From a bacterium (GTDB lineage Bacteria; Desulfobacterota; DSWW01), in contig JBFLZG010000123.1 in assembly GCA_040756235.1 (NCBI GenBank), forward strand, positions 12,658-76,657: a stretch of DNA of 64,000 bases, in the 5' to 3' direction. Position numbers and translations under genes: made by a program. Below the pieces are notes generated by a model, which did no database searches, had not been told where the DNA came from, and saw only the letters and a program-made list of their open reading frames with translations. Shown piece by piece: positions 50,707-59,756 of this stretch (position 1 is its first letter; the number at the start of each line of letters is the position of its first letter).

Positions 50707-50827
50707 GCGGTGCACCCGCCGCCCAGCGGACGGGGGGCTGCTCGGTGGACACGCCCCCGGGCCGGGGCAGGCTTCCGCTCAGTCCACTCTATCGGGACGC
50801 CAAGGGAAGAACGGCGGGTGTGCCGCA
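50707..50827 (+). repeat. 121-bp hairpin element, copy 1
   Basis: Identical to 51055-51175; ends GCGGTGCACCCGCCG ... CGGCGGGTGTGCCGC pair as an imperfect inverted repeat. Confidence 0.85.
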
Positions 50828-51054
50828 CGAGCGAGGCGAGGGCGAATCGCGAAGGCCGTCCTCGGTCCCGACAGGCCGGGGAACGCAGAGCCGCTTCCCG
50901 ATATCTCGCCCTCTAGCCCGGTTTCGGGCTAGGGGGTGCGCCCTGTACACCCGGCCCGGGACCAGGGACGAAACGGCAGGTTGCCCGAAGGGCTGAAGTC
51001 TCGGACTCTTGGGAGGAGAAGGGCCGGAGCGTTCTGAGCCCGAGCCGATCGAGG

Positions 51055-51175
51055 GCGGTGCACCCGCCGCCCAGCGGACGGGGGGCTGCTCGGTGGACAC
51101 GCCCCCGGGCCGGGGCAGGCTTCCGCTCAGTCCACTCTATCGGGACGCCAAGGGAAGAACGGCGGGTGTGCCGCA
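51055..51175 (+). repeat. 121-bp hairpin element, copy 2
   Basis: Identical to 50707-50827 (348-bp offset). Confidence 0.85.
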
Positions 51176-51221
51176 GGCGAAGTACACCTGTCTGCACCGA
51201 AGAAGCCGAAGGACGATCCCC

Positions 51222-52538
51222 ATGAACTGGAACATACCGGACCTGAAAGAGCTGGAAGACAAGATCTGGCGCTGCACGGCCTGCGGCACCTGCAAGGTCG
51301 CCTACAGCTTCGGCCCGCCCACCACCTGCGCCGACATCTGCCCGGCCGGGGTCGAGCTCGGCTTCGAGGGCTACATGTCCTCCAAGGGCAAGATCGCCTT
51401 CGCCAGAGGGCTGCTGAGCGGCGAGCTTCCATGGGACGAGCCACTCCTCGATGCGATCTACCGGTGCACGGTCTGCGCCGGGTGCCAGAACCAGTGTCAG
51501 CTCGACCACAAGCCCTTCATCCCGGAGATCATCGAGGCGATGCGCCGCAAGGCGGTGCGGGACGGCGTCGGCCCCATGCCGGCCCACAGGCGGCTTGTTC
51601 AGTCCATGCGGAGCTACGACAACCCCTACCAGGGGCCCAGGCGGTCGCGCACGGACTGGACCCGGCCGTTCCGCAAGGCCGGAAAGCGGATCAAGGACCT
51701 CAACCGCGAGCCTGCCGGCGTGCTGCTGTTCGTGGGCTGCACCGGCGCCTACAACGCCGCCGCGCGCCCCATCCCGGCGGCCACGGCCTCCATCCTGCTG
51801 AAGCTGGGGGTCGATTTCGGGATCCTCGGGGAGAAGGAGCTCTGCTGCGGCTCTACCGCCATGAGGATCGGCGAGGACCGGGAGTTCCGGCGCGTGGCCG
51901 AATCCAATCTGGAGACCTTCGGGAGGTTGCGCCGGGAGAAGGGTGTCCACACGATCGTGACTTCCTGCGCGGGCTGCTACCGGGCCATCCGCAGGGACTA
52001 TGCGCTTGCGAGCGGATACCAAGAGGCGCTCGGCGACATCGCCGTCCTCCACACCGTGGACTTTCTCCACGGGCTGTCGCGCGCGGGCAGACTGTCGTTT
52101 CCGGGCGGCGTTGCATCCAAGGTGACGTACCACGATCCGTGCCACACGGGGAGACACCTGACGCGGTTCACGGTGGATGAGGAAGGAACCCGGCTCTGGA
52201 AAGGGGCGTACGTGGAGTCGAACGAAGGGGAGTGCCTCTACGAGCAGCCGCGCGAGCTCCTGCAGGCGATCCCGGGCCTCGAGCTCGTCGAGATGGAACG
52301 GGTCCGGGCCAACTCCTACTGCTGCGGCGGCGGCGGCGGCGTCATGACCGGCTACGCCGACTGGGCCGCCAGGAACGCCTCGGAACGCGTCCGAGAAGGA
52401 ATGAGAACCGGCGCTGACCTCATGGCCACCATCTGCCCTTTCTGCCACCACAACCTGAGCGAGGGCAGCCGCAGGATCGAGAGCCCCTTGAGAGTCGTCG
52501 ACCTGGTCGAGCTCATCGATCGCGCCCTGCCGGAGTAG
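51222..52538 (+). CDS. (Fe-S)-binding protein with two CCG domains (GlcF/HdrD-like)
   Basis: CTACGTC...CP, CTVCAGCQNQC, FVGC, ELCCG, TSCAGC, YHDPCH, CCGGGGG, TICPFC. Confidence 0.9.
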   Translation: MNWNIPDLKELEDKIWRCTACGTCKVAYSFGPPTTCADICPAGVELGFEGYMSSKGKIAFARGLLSGELPWDEPLLDAIYRCTVCAGCQNQCQLDHKPFIPEIIEAMRRKAVRDGVGPMPAHRRLVQSMRSYDNPYQGPRRSRTDWTRPFRKAGKRIKDLNREPAGVLLFVGCTGAYNAAARPIPAATASILLKLGVDFGILGEKELCCGSTAMRIGEDREFRRVAESNLETFGRLRREKGVHTIVTSCAGCYRAIRRDYALASGYQEALGDIAVLHTVDFLHGLSRAGRLSFPGGVASKVTYHDPCHTGRHLTRFTVDEEGTRLWKGAYVESNEGECLYEQPRELLQAIPGLELVEMERVRANSYCCGGGGGVMTGYADWAARNASERVREGMRTGADLMATICPFCHHNLSEGSRRIESPLRVVDLVELIDRALPE

Positions 52539-53031
52539 CCCGTCGAGCCGATCGAGCACGCTGCCCCCGGGCACGCGATTCTACTTCGAGCGTGATGGTG
52601 CAGGGGGGATCGGTCCGCGCGGCGGTACGAAGACCACCGCCAGCATCTTGTCCAGCTCCGAGGCCAGCCGGACCACCGCATCCTGAAGCCGGGCAAAGGT
52701 CGGTGCGCCCTCTGACTCGATCGTCTCTTCCGAATCAGGATCGCAAGTGGCGCGGTTGGATCCAGTGCCCGTTTGCAGGACGGAAGTGCGGTTCATAGCT
52801 CCAGCCATTCCGCACCGTCTGAAACCGGGTCGGCGGCTCTTGAGAAAGGGGATAACGTGGCATGGCCGATTGCTCGCTCGGGGGGATTCCTCTTCTTCGG
52901 ATGCTGGGTCTGAGGGCAAGGTTCCGCGGAGAGAAAAAGAGGAGGAGACATCGTGTGCTGAGCGTTCCGGAGCGGTGCATCGCGGCCGCAAATCCGCGGA
53001 CGTGGCCGAGGGGCCGGTCGGACGTCCTTTC

Positions 53032-53157
53032 GAGAGGCCGGTGAAAACGGCCATCTGCGGCGCCGGCCGTAACCGGGAGCTTATGCGTCGCTAGCGCTCC
53101 TCGGAATAGCCTTGGGATCTCGCGCGCCTGCCATCCGGCCATTTTCACCAGCCTCTC
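53032..53157 (-). mobile_element. divergent copy of the GAGAGGCTG MITE family
   Basis: GAGAGGCCGGTGAAAACGGCCATCTGCGGCG ... CCGGCCATTTTCACCAGCCTCTC. Confidence 0.7.
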
Positions 53158-53195
53158 GAGACGTTTTTCGGCACCCTCGCCACGCCGGCGCGGTG

Positions 53196-53927
53196 TCAGT
53201 TCGTGATCGGATAGAGTCTCACCTGCACGATGCGGGTGCCGTTGTTGAGGATGTTCCAGAAGTAGTCCTCGAAGACGTTGTTGAACACCGAAAGCTCTTC
53301 CTCGGTACCGGCCGTGCACGCCCCGGTCAGCTCGTCCACCTGGCAGAACCAGACGTCAAACAGCTCGCGCACGTCGACCCAGCTCGATCGCCCGGTCTTC
53401 CTGTTCAGATCCACGCTGCCCGACCAGAACCACAGGGCCTGGTCCTGGTCATACGCATAGCCGTCAATGTCCATGCAGGTGTTCGGCTTTCCCAGGACGC
53501 GGACGTAGATGTTGACGGCCAGCACCGGCTCGCCGTCTTCGAGCACCGTCGGGACCACGATGGTCGCCCCGTTCCCGTCCGTGGCGTCCCTGTCGAGAAT
53601 GTTGAAGGTCTGCCCGGCCCGGAAGTGGATCTTCGCACCCACCGGTTCCTGATCCGTGAAGGTAGGCTCGTTGTCCGGGGTGATGACGAACTCTTCGGCC
53701 TCGCAGACGATCTCATTCGGACCGACCGCGTTTTTCAAAGGCACCATGATCGCGCGGCCGTTGCTCTCGTCGCCGCTGATGGCGTCGACACCCTTGGGGT
53801 GCCCGATGATGTTGAACTGCCAGTGGGCTCCGGACAAACCGTTGTTGCCCACACCCGCCATGGTGCTCCCGGAGCTCAACAGAAATGCGGCAAACAGCAA
53901 CGGCACCAACAGCTTCATCTTTCTCAT
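53196..53927 (-). CDS. hypothetical exported beta-rich protein
   Basis: GGAGG RBS, signal peptide, SGAHWQFNIIG, DATDG.G, YVRVLGKP, YFW...NNG.R..Q.R.Y; four Cys. Confidence 0.75.
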   Translation of the reverse strand: MRKMKLLVPLLFAAFLLSSGSTMAGVGNNGLSGAHWQFNIIGHPKGVDAISGDESNGRAIMVPLKNAVGPNEIVCEAEEFVITPDNEPTFTDQEPVGAKIHFRAGQTFNILDRDATDGNGATIVVPTVLEDGEPVLAVNIYVRVLGKPNTCMDIDGYAYDQDQALWFWSGSVDLNRKTGRSSWVDVRELFDVWFCQVDELTGACTAGTEEELSVFNNVFEDYFWNILNNGTRIVQVRLYPITN

Positions 53928-54046
53928 CTCCGTCTCCTCCATCATGCTGTGCAAGGATCGTCCTACCATCCTCCATGCCCGTGCCATTTGTCTTTTTATC
54001 ATCTCCCCTCATGTTTTATTCACTCTGCAGAGATATCTCGGAGACC

Positions 54047-54062
54047 AGCAAGAACGATGCCA
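54047..54062 (-). promoter_or_regulatory. sigma54 (-24/-12) promoter of the exported-protein gene
   Basis: Minus strand TGGCATCGTTCTTGCT, close to consensus TGGCAC-N5-TTGC(A/T), about 120 bp upstream of the start. Confidence 0.65.
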
Positions 54063-54297
54063 GCGAATGCCCAAGGCTGATGGTCGGGCTTCCCTCTCAG
54101 AAGCAGGTGGAATAACAAGATTTGAATGAAATCGATGACGGCTAAGACAGAAGTGCGGAGCGCAAAGCGGGAAGGGATTGTAATTCAATCGCGTAACGAG
54201 CGGGGGCGCAACGTTGCGCCGGTCGGCCGGGCTCCGGCCCGCGCGTTTCGAAACGCATCGCAGGGCGGCCCGATGACGCAATGCAACGGGGGGCGGA

Positions 54298-55005
54298 TCA
54301 CACCTCGATGAGCCGATAGCACTTGTGCGGCCCTTTCCTGGCGAGCACCGAGCGGGAGACGTTGTACACGGGGACCTGCCGCGGTGTGCGCCCGAAGGGC
54401 GAACCGTTGTGGGCGTGGCCGTGCACGGCTGCGTCCACCTCGTAGTGATCGATGGCGTCCGCGAGACGGGAGCACCCGAGAAACGGATAGAGCTCGGGCT
54501 CCTCTCCTTCGAGAGTTTCCTTGACCGGCGCATAATGAAGAGCGACGATCTTGCGGGGGCTCTTGAGCTGCGACAGGGCCCGTTCGAGCCGGTGCGCATC
54601 CTCGATGCTCGCCCGCACGAACTCCTTCAGGGACTCTTCGCCGAACGGATCGACCGCGAGTCTGCCGAACCCCCCGCAGAAACCCTTGATCCCAGCGAAT
54701 CCGACGCCCTCGATCTCACACGTGGACCCGTCGAGCACGCAGATGTCCTCGGAGCGCAACATCTGGACGAGATCTTCCGCGTGGCCGCTCTCGTGGTCGT
54801 GGTTGCCCAGGATGGCGACCTTGGGCAGCGCCAGCGGCCCGAGCTCCCTGAGCAGGATTTCCATCTCGCTTGGCAGCCCGGTGTTCGTCAGGTCTCCTGG
54901 CAGGACGAGAACGTCCACCTCCCGCTCCACACCATCCAGCCATTGCCTCACGAGCCCGGCCGAGCTCACGCCGTAGTGGAGGTCGGCAAGTGCAGCGATC
55001 TTCAA
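54298..55005 (-). CDS. calcineurin-like metallophosphoesterase
   Basis: ADLH, GDLT, GNHD, LHY.P, HGHAH; TTG start. Confidence 0.88.
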   Translation of the reverse strand: MKIAALADLHYGVSSAGLVRQWLDGVEREVDVLVLPGDLTNTGLPSEMEILLRELGPLALPKVAILGNHDHESGHAEDLVQMLRSEDICVLDGSTCEIEGVGFAGIKGFCGGFGRLAVDPFGEESLKEFVRASIEDAHRLERALSQLKSPRKIVALHYAPVKETLEGEEPELYPFLGCSRLADAIDHYEVDAAVHGHAHNGSPFGRTPRQVPVYNVSRSVLARKGPHKCYRLIEV

Positions 55006-55034
55006 GTGTGTCTTCCTTTGTACCTGCTTACGCT

Positions 55035-55847
55035 CTACCTGTGTCTCCCTCTTTCGTCGACCAGGGGCTCGATGTCGCGCGCGTCCTCATAGCCCCAGTC
55101 CTCGCAATCGACGGCGAACGAATAGGGATCGATGAGCGTGCCGCGAAAGGCCCGGGGCCCCCGGTCCTGGGACCATCCCTTGCGCATCGTTTCGAACAGA
55201 GACACGATCCGTTCCTGTGGCAGATAATCCGGATGCCCCGGGTAGATCAGATCGAAGAACACGCAGTGCCAGAGCAGCAGACCGGGCATGCGGTGGAGGC
55301 GCTTCTGCAGTCTGCCCCAGTCCAGCTTCCCCCGTGCGGCGTGAATGAGATGCACCACGTCGGCACCGTCGAAGCGGTCGCGCTTGGCGATCATCGTCTT
55401 CGAAGCGATGAGCTCTTCGATCGCGATCAGCGGGATCGGCACTCCCAGGATCACGGCGGGCCGGGTGTAGGCCATCCAGTCGGCGTCCACCTCGATCATG
55501 CCGCTGCCCAGACCGAAGAGCAGATCCATGAAGTACGGCTCGCAGCGGATCTTGGCCAGCCAGTGGCGGTCCCACACCAGGGTCTCGAATCCTTTCGCGG
55601 CGAGGGCCTGCATGGCCTGTTCCAGGTGCTCCGGCTGGATGAAGACGTCCAGGTCTTTGGTCTCGCGCCAGATGCCGGTGTAGGCGTGGAGGCCGAACGC
55701 GCCCGCCACCGCGTAAGGGATTCCGGTGTCGTTCAGGATGCGCAGCCAGTGGGCGTATAGATCGTGCTGTCCCGACGGAAGGCTCACCTCTCCCTGACGG
55801 GCGATCGGGAAGGGAGGATCCCTCGGACTTTCCTTCTTCTCCTGCAT
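55035..55847 (-). CDS. nucleotidyltransferase family protein (Pol-beta-like fold)
   Basis: VAGAFGL..YTG..R.TKDLDVF (hG...DxD), HWL.K, EELIASK...R.R.DGAD..HL. Confidence 0.82.
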   Translation of the reverse strand: MQEKKESPRDPPFPIARQGEVSLPSGQHDLYAHWLRILNDTGIPYAVAGAFGLHAYTGIWRETKDLDVFIQPEHLEQAMQALAAKGFETLVWDRHWLAKIRCEPYFMDLLFGLGSGMIEVDADWMAYTRPAVILGVPIPLIAIEELIASKTMIAKRDRFDGADVVHLIHAARGKLDWGRLQKRLHRMPGLLLWHCVFFDLIYPGHPDYLPQERIVSLFETMRKGWSQDRGPRAFRGTLIDPYSFAVDCEDWGYEDARDIEPLVDERGRHR

Positions 55848-55907
55848 GCCCCAACCTTTCTGTCCTTGCGCACCGCATGCGCTCGGCCGCCGGTCTAGCG
55901 AACGGTC

Positions 55908-56642
55908 CTATCCCAACATCTCCCGCAGGCAAAGGGCGTCCTGAACGGCGTACCCCGCCTGGTCGTTGTCGAAGTAGCAATAGATCTCCTTGCCCTCCGC
56001 GGCCCATGCGGCAACCGTCTTGGCCAGACCGCTCAACCCCTGGGTGCCGTATCGGCCCTGGTAAGCTCCGTCCGGACCGTGGAGGCGGAGGTATACGAAG
56101 TCGCTCGTGATCACCTCCGGAGACCTTTTCCCGGCGAGCTCGTAGATGCAGAACGCTCCGTTCCGCTTCCGCAAGAGGTCATACACCCGCGGGTCGAACC
56201 AGCTCGGGTCGCGGAACTCGAAGGCGTACCGCAGCCCCTCCGGGAGGACCTCGAGAAAAGACCGCAGCCTTTCGAGGTCGCAGCGCCAGCGCGGCGGGAG
56301 CTGGAACAGGATCGGACCCAGCTTCTTCTCTAGCACGGCCGCGCGCTCCGTGAGCCTGGCCACCGGCTCCTCGGGGTCCTTGAGCTTCTTCATGTGGGTG
56401 ATGAAACGGCTCGCCTTCATGGTGAAAAGGAACTCCGGCGGCGTCGTCTCCCGCCACCGCTCCAGGGCGCTCGCGTCCGGCAGACGGTAGAACGACCCGT
56501 TGATCTCCACGGTCGAAAATCTCTGTGAGTAGAATGCGAGGAAGGCCTTTTGCGGGAGGTCGGACGGATAGAAGGGCCCTTTCCAGTGGCCGTACTGCCA
56601 CCCCGACGTGCCGACGTGAAAGGGACGTTTCTTCTTCTCCAT
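55908..56642 (-). CDS. DUF72 (YecE-like) protein
   Basis: GTSGW.Y..W...FYP, VEINGSFY, F..KA...ITH, LFQLPP, EFR..SW, YLRLHG, YFDND..G.A. Confidence 0.92.
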   Translation of the reverse strand: MEKKKRPFHVGTSGWQYGHWKGPFYPSDLPQKAFLAFYSQRFSTVEINGSFYRLPDASALERWRETTPPEFLFTMKASRFITHMKKLKDPEEPVARLTERAAVLEKKLGPILFQLPPRWRCDLERLRSFLEVLPEGLRYAFEFRDPSWFDPRVYDLLRKRNGAFCIYELAGKRSPEVITSDFVYLRLHGPDGAYQGRYGTQGLSGLAKTVAAWAAEGKEIYCYFDNDQAGYAVQDALCLREMLG

Positions 56643-56880
56643 GTGCCCCCCAGGCCAGGCCCTGACGCTCGCTCCGCTTCACTCCATGCGCCGGAACGCA
56701 TTATTTGAGATGCCGTGCGGAGGTTGGCTGATGCCGCAGTGGGAGAGCGCAGCAGAGAGCTTCCTTGGGGGCCCTGTTCCGCGGGGATGGCGTGTGAATC
56801 CGCCCTGTAATACAGCAGTGCGCAGGGAGCCTGCCCGCTGCGAGGGATACGTGGCTTACAGAAGGGCGCCGTGAGAATCT

Positions 56881-58452
56881 TCAGCGCAAGTCCGCGAGCT
56901 TCCTGCGCACGAGGTCCAGCGGCGGAGGGTCCGGATCTTTCAGGATCTCCGCCATGAGACACATCTTGCGCGCCTCTTCGCATCCGGCCGCTGCCAGGAC
57001 CCGGCCGCCCTTGAGGTAGAACGCGAGGAAACGCCGCTCCTCGAGGTCTCCGTCCAGGACGATCTCGTCCCATCCGCGGGCGTAGCCCACATAGGAGGTG
57101 ATCACGTAGTGCTGGTTCGTCCAGAAGAAAGGCACATCGGAGTATCCGGCATTCCTGCCGGCCATGTTGTGCGCGGCAGCGCGGCCGTGCTGCTCGGCCA
57201 CCCGCCAATGCTCGATCCGGATCGGCTCGCCGGTGCGCCAGTCGGGGAACCGCGCGATGTCGCCGGCCGCGAACACGTCCCCGGAAACACGGAACTGCCT
57301 GTCCACCAGGAGACTGCCGTCTTCGTGCTTGTCGAAACCCTTCAGGTAGCCTGTGACCGGCCGCACCCCGATGCCGATGACGACCAGGCCGGCCGCGAGT
57401 CGTTCCCCGTCCGCCAGGACGACCTCCGCGACCCTGCCCCCCGCCCCCTCGAAGCGATCCACTCGCGCGCCCAACCGGAACGAGACTCCCTTCTGTTCGT
57501 GGGCGGACCGGTACATTCCGCCGATCTCCTTGCCGAGCGTGGCTTCGAACGGCACGGGCTCGGGCGCCGCGATGGTGACCGAAAACCCCCGCACCACCAG
57601 AGCGGCGGCCACCTCCATGGCGATGAAGCTCGCGCCGACCAGCACGGCCCGACCCGACCCGGCCGACGCCAGTCCCCGGATGCGCTCGCAGTCGTCCAGG
57701 CTGCGAAGGTACAGAACGTTCTCCAGGTCCTCGCCGGGCGCGCCCAGCCTCCTCGGAGCGGCCCCGGTCGCCAGGAGCAGACGGTCCCACGCGATCCTCG
57801 CACCGCCCCTGCAGAGGACCGTCTTACCGGCCGGGTCCACCGCCTCCACATGATGGCCGGTGAGCACCTCGATCCCGTATTTTCCGTAGAACTCCGCGCA
57901 GCGCAGATACGGCTTGCGCGCGTCCGCATTGCGCAGGTACGGCTTGCTCAGATCGGTGCGATCGTAGGGAAGGTGATCCTCGCCGGTCAGCATCACGACC
58001 CTGCCCCGGTACCCGTCCTGCCTCAGCGTCTCGGCCGCCGCCAGACCGGCGGCCCCGCTGCCCACGATGACGAACGTCCTGGGGTCCGCCGCGGGATCGG
58101 GCGCTGCCATCGGCGCGTGACACGAAGCCGGCATCTCGTCCGGCAGGACCGCGACGATCCGGTCGCCGTCGATCCGGACCTCGAACCGGGGCAGTCCGTC
58201 GAGCGCAGGCGGCTCCCTGAGCCCTCCGCTTCCGGCATCGAACACCGAGTGGTGCCACGGGCACCGGATCCGCCCTTCGTAGAGGAGGCCTTGTGCGAGC
58301 GGCGCCCCGTAGTGAGGACAAGTCGCACCGAGGACCCTGTATTCCCCGTCGATCACGACGAGGAGGACCTTGCGGCCTTCCGCAACCTCCACCTCCTTCA
58401 TTTCGCCGTCCCGAAGGTCTCCGACTCTGGCGATCACGTATGGCTTGCTCAT
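56881..58452 (-). CDS. Rieske [2Fe-2S] + FAD-dependent reductase fusion (AIFM3-like)
   Basis: CPHYGAPL, CPWH, GSGAAG, PYDR..LSK, GASFIAME, RIEHW, VPFFWT. Confidence 0.9.
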   Translation of the reverse strand: MSKPYVIARVGDLRDGEMKEVEVAEGRKVLLVVIDGEYRVLGATCPHYGAPLAQGLLYEGRIRCPWHHSVFDAGSGGLREPPALDGLPRFEVRIDGDRIVAVLPDEMPASCHAPMAAPDPAADPRTFVIVGSGAAGLAAAETLRQDGYRGRVVMLTGEDHLPYDRTDLSKPYLRNADARKPYLRCAEFYGKYGIEVLTGHHVEAVDPAGKTVLCRGGARIAWDRLLLATGAAPRRLGAPGEDLENVLYLRSLDDCERIRGLASAGSGRAVLVGASFIAMEVAAALVVRGFSVTIAAPEPVPFEATLGKEIGGMYRSAHEQKGVSFRLGARVDRFEGAGGRVAEVVLADGERLAAGLVVIGIGVRPVTGYLKGFDKHEDGSLLVDRQFRVSGDVFAAGDIARFPDWRTGEPIRIEHWRVAEQHGRAAAHNMAGRNAGYSDVPFFWTNQHYVITSYVGYARGWDEIVLDGDLEERRFLAFYLKGGRVLAAAGCEEARKMCLMAEILKDPDPPPLDLVRRKLADLR

Positions 58453-58491
58453 TTCCGCTCCCGTGGATGAAGGAGGTGTCATCCGTCATCT

Positions 58492-58641
58492 TTCAGGTTT
58501 CAGGTATCGGGCCCCTCACCCCAACCTATACTCTTGTCAGGATGCCTTTGGGAAGCCGGGGTGGAGGACTGAAACCTGACACCTGGAACCTGGCACCTCT
58601 CTTGGTGGGGTTGAGCACGGAAACCTGACCCGCAACCTGAC
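58492..58641. repeat. inverted heptamer (TTTCAGG / CCTGAMA) arrays
   Basis: TTTCAGGTTTCAGGTATCGGG facing CTGAAACCTGACACCTGGAACCTGGCACCT. Confidence 0.55.
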
Positions 58642-58870
58642 AGCTCTCTCGACTGTGGGATGCAGCCCCCGGGCGCAAGGATTGCTCGTCCCTGCACACA
58701 TTCTCCATGGGATGGGTATTCCGGCGATTTGCGGGGCGGGTCGCGCAGGCCACGTCTGACCGATCCTTGGTAACTTTTGCCGGATTGTGTATGTTACGCA
58801 CGGCACCGGGACCGCCGGCTCGCAGTCCCGCGCCGCGCGTGAATCCATGGATCCGGCACGGGAGGAACAC

Positions 58871-59686
58871 ATGCGACTGCAGGGGAAGGCAGCCATCGTC
58901 ACCGGGGGCGCCAGAGGCATCGGGGCGGGCATCGCACGATGCCTTGCGGCCGAGGGCTCGCGCATCGGCATCATCGATCTGGACGGACCCGAGGCACAGG
59001 CGACCGCGGCCCGCCTCGGCGTGGAGGCGGTGGGCCTCGCAGCGGACGTGTCTCAGGAGGGCGAGGCCAAAGCCGCTACCGAGGAAATCGTCCGCGAGCT
59101 CGGCCGCCTGGACATTCTCGTCAACAACGCAGGCGGCGGCGGACCGAATTTCATGACTTCCGTGGGCAACCCCTTCACGAACGTCGATCAGACCGGGTGG
59201 GAGGACGCGCTGGCCGCCAACCTGCGGACGACTTTTGCCATGACCAAGGCCGGGATCCCCCACCTCGAGAAGGCGGGCGCCGGCTCGATCGTCAACATCG
59301 CCTCGATCGCCGGCCTCATCCCTTCCGTGCTGATCCCGGCCTACGGCGCTGCCAAGGCGGGCGTGATCTCGCTGACCCGGACCCTGGCGCTCGAGCTGGC
59401 CCCGCGCAACATCCGCGTCAATGCCATCTGCCCCGGCTTCCTCTGGACGCGCGCCTGGGAGACGATGGCGACCGGCCTGAAGTTTTCGGTCTCCCAGTTC
59501 GCGGATATGGAGCCGCGCGACATCTTCCTCGAAGTGGTCCGGCGCGGCACGCCGCTCGGCCGTGAGCAGACCCCCGAGGACATCGGCAAGCTCACCCTGT
59601 TTCTGGCGAGCGACGATGCAGTGAACGTCACGGGGCAGATCATCTCGGTCGACGGCGGGATCACGCTGAAATACGCGGCCTCGTAA
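58871..59686 (+). CDS. SDR family oxidoreductase
   Basis: VTGGARGIG, NNAG, YGAAK, VNAICPG, PLGREQTPEDIG. Confidence 0.92.
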   Translation: MRLQGKAAIVTGGARGIGAGIARCLAAEGSRIGIIDLDGPEAQATAARLGVEAVGLAADVSQEGEAKAATEEIVRELGRLDILVNNAGGGGPNFMTSVGNPFTNVDQTGWEDALAANLRTTFAMTKAGIPHLEKAGAGSIVNIASIAGLIPSVLIPAYGAAKAGVISLTRTLALELAPRNIRVNAICPGFLWTRAWETMATGLKFSVSQFADMEPRDIFLEVVRRGTPLGREQTPEDIGKLTLFLASDDAVNVTGQIISVDGGITLKYAAS

Positions 59687-59756
59687 AGAAGGTCGAAGGC
59701 AGCGAGCCGGACCCGGCACACGGGCGCTGCAACAGCCGGCATCAAGGAGGAGACGC

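Noticed and set aside
50960..50980. Hammerhead ribozyme (GGACGAAAC)
   Set aside because: No CUGANGA core at the required position upstream of stem II.
50707..51175. CRISPR array
   Set aside because: Only two units, 121 bp long with a 227-bp spacer; no cas genes; dimensions do not fit CRISPR.
52581..52796. Possible 71-aa minus-strand ORF (MNRTSVLQ...)
   Set aside because: Weak GGAG RBS only, no recognisable features; cannot be supported.
52858..52873. Sigma54-like TGGCATGGCCGATTGC
   Set aside because: GG to GC spacing is 11 rather than the required 10, and no downstream gene on that strand.
28371..56716. Shared TTGAGATGCCG 11-mer upstream of baeRF (28375) and DUF72 (56705)
   Set aside because: Only two occurrences, non-palindromic, at different distances from the starts; may be chance.
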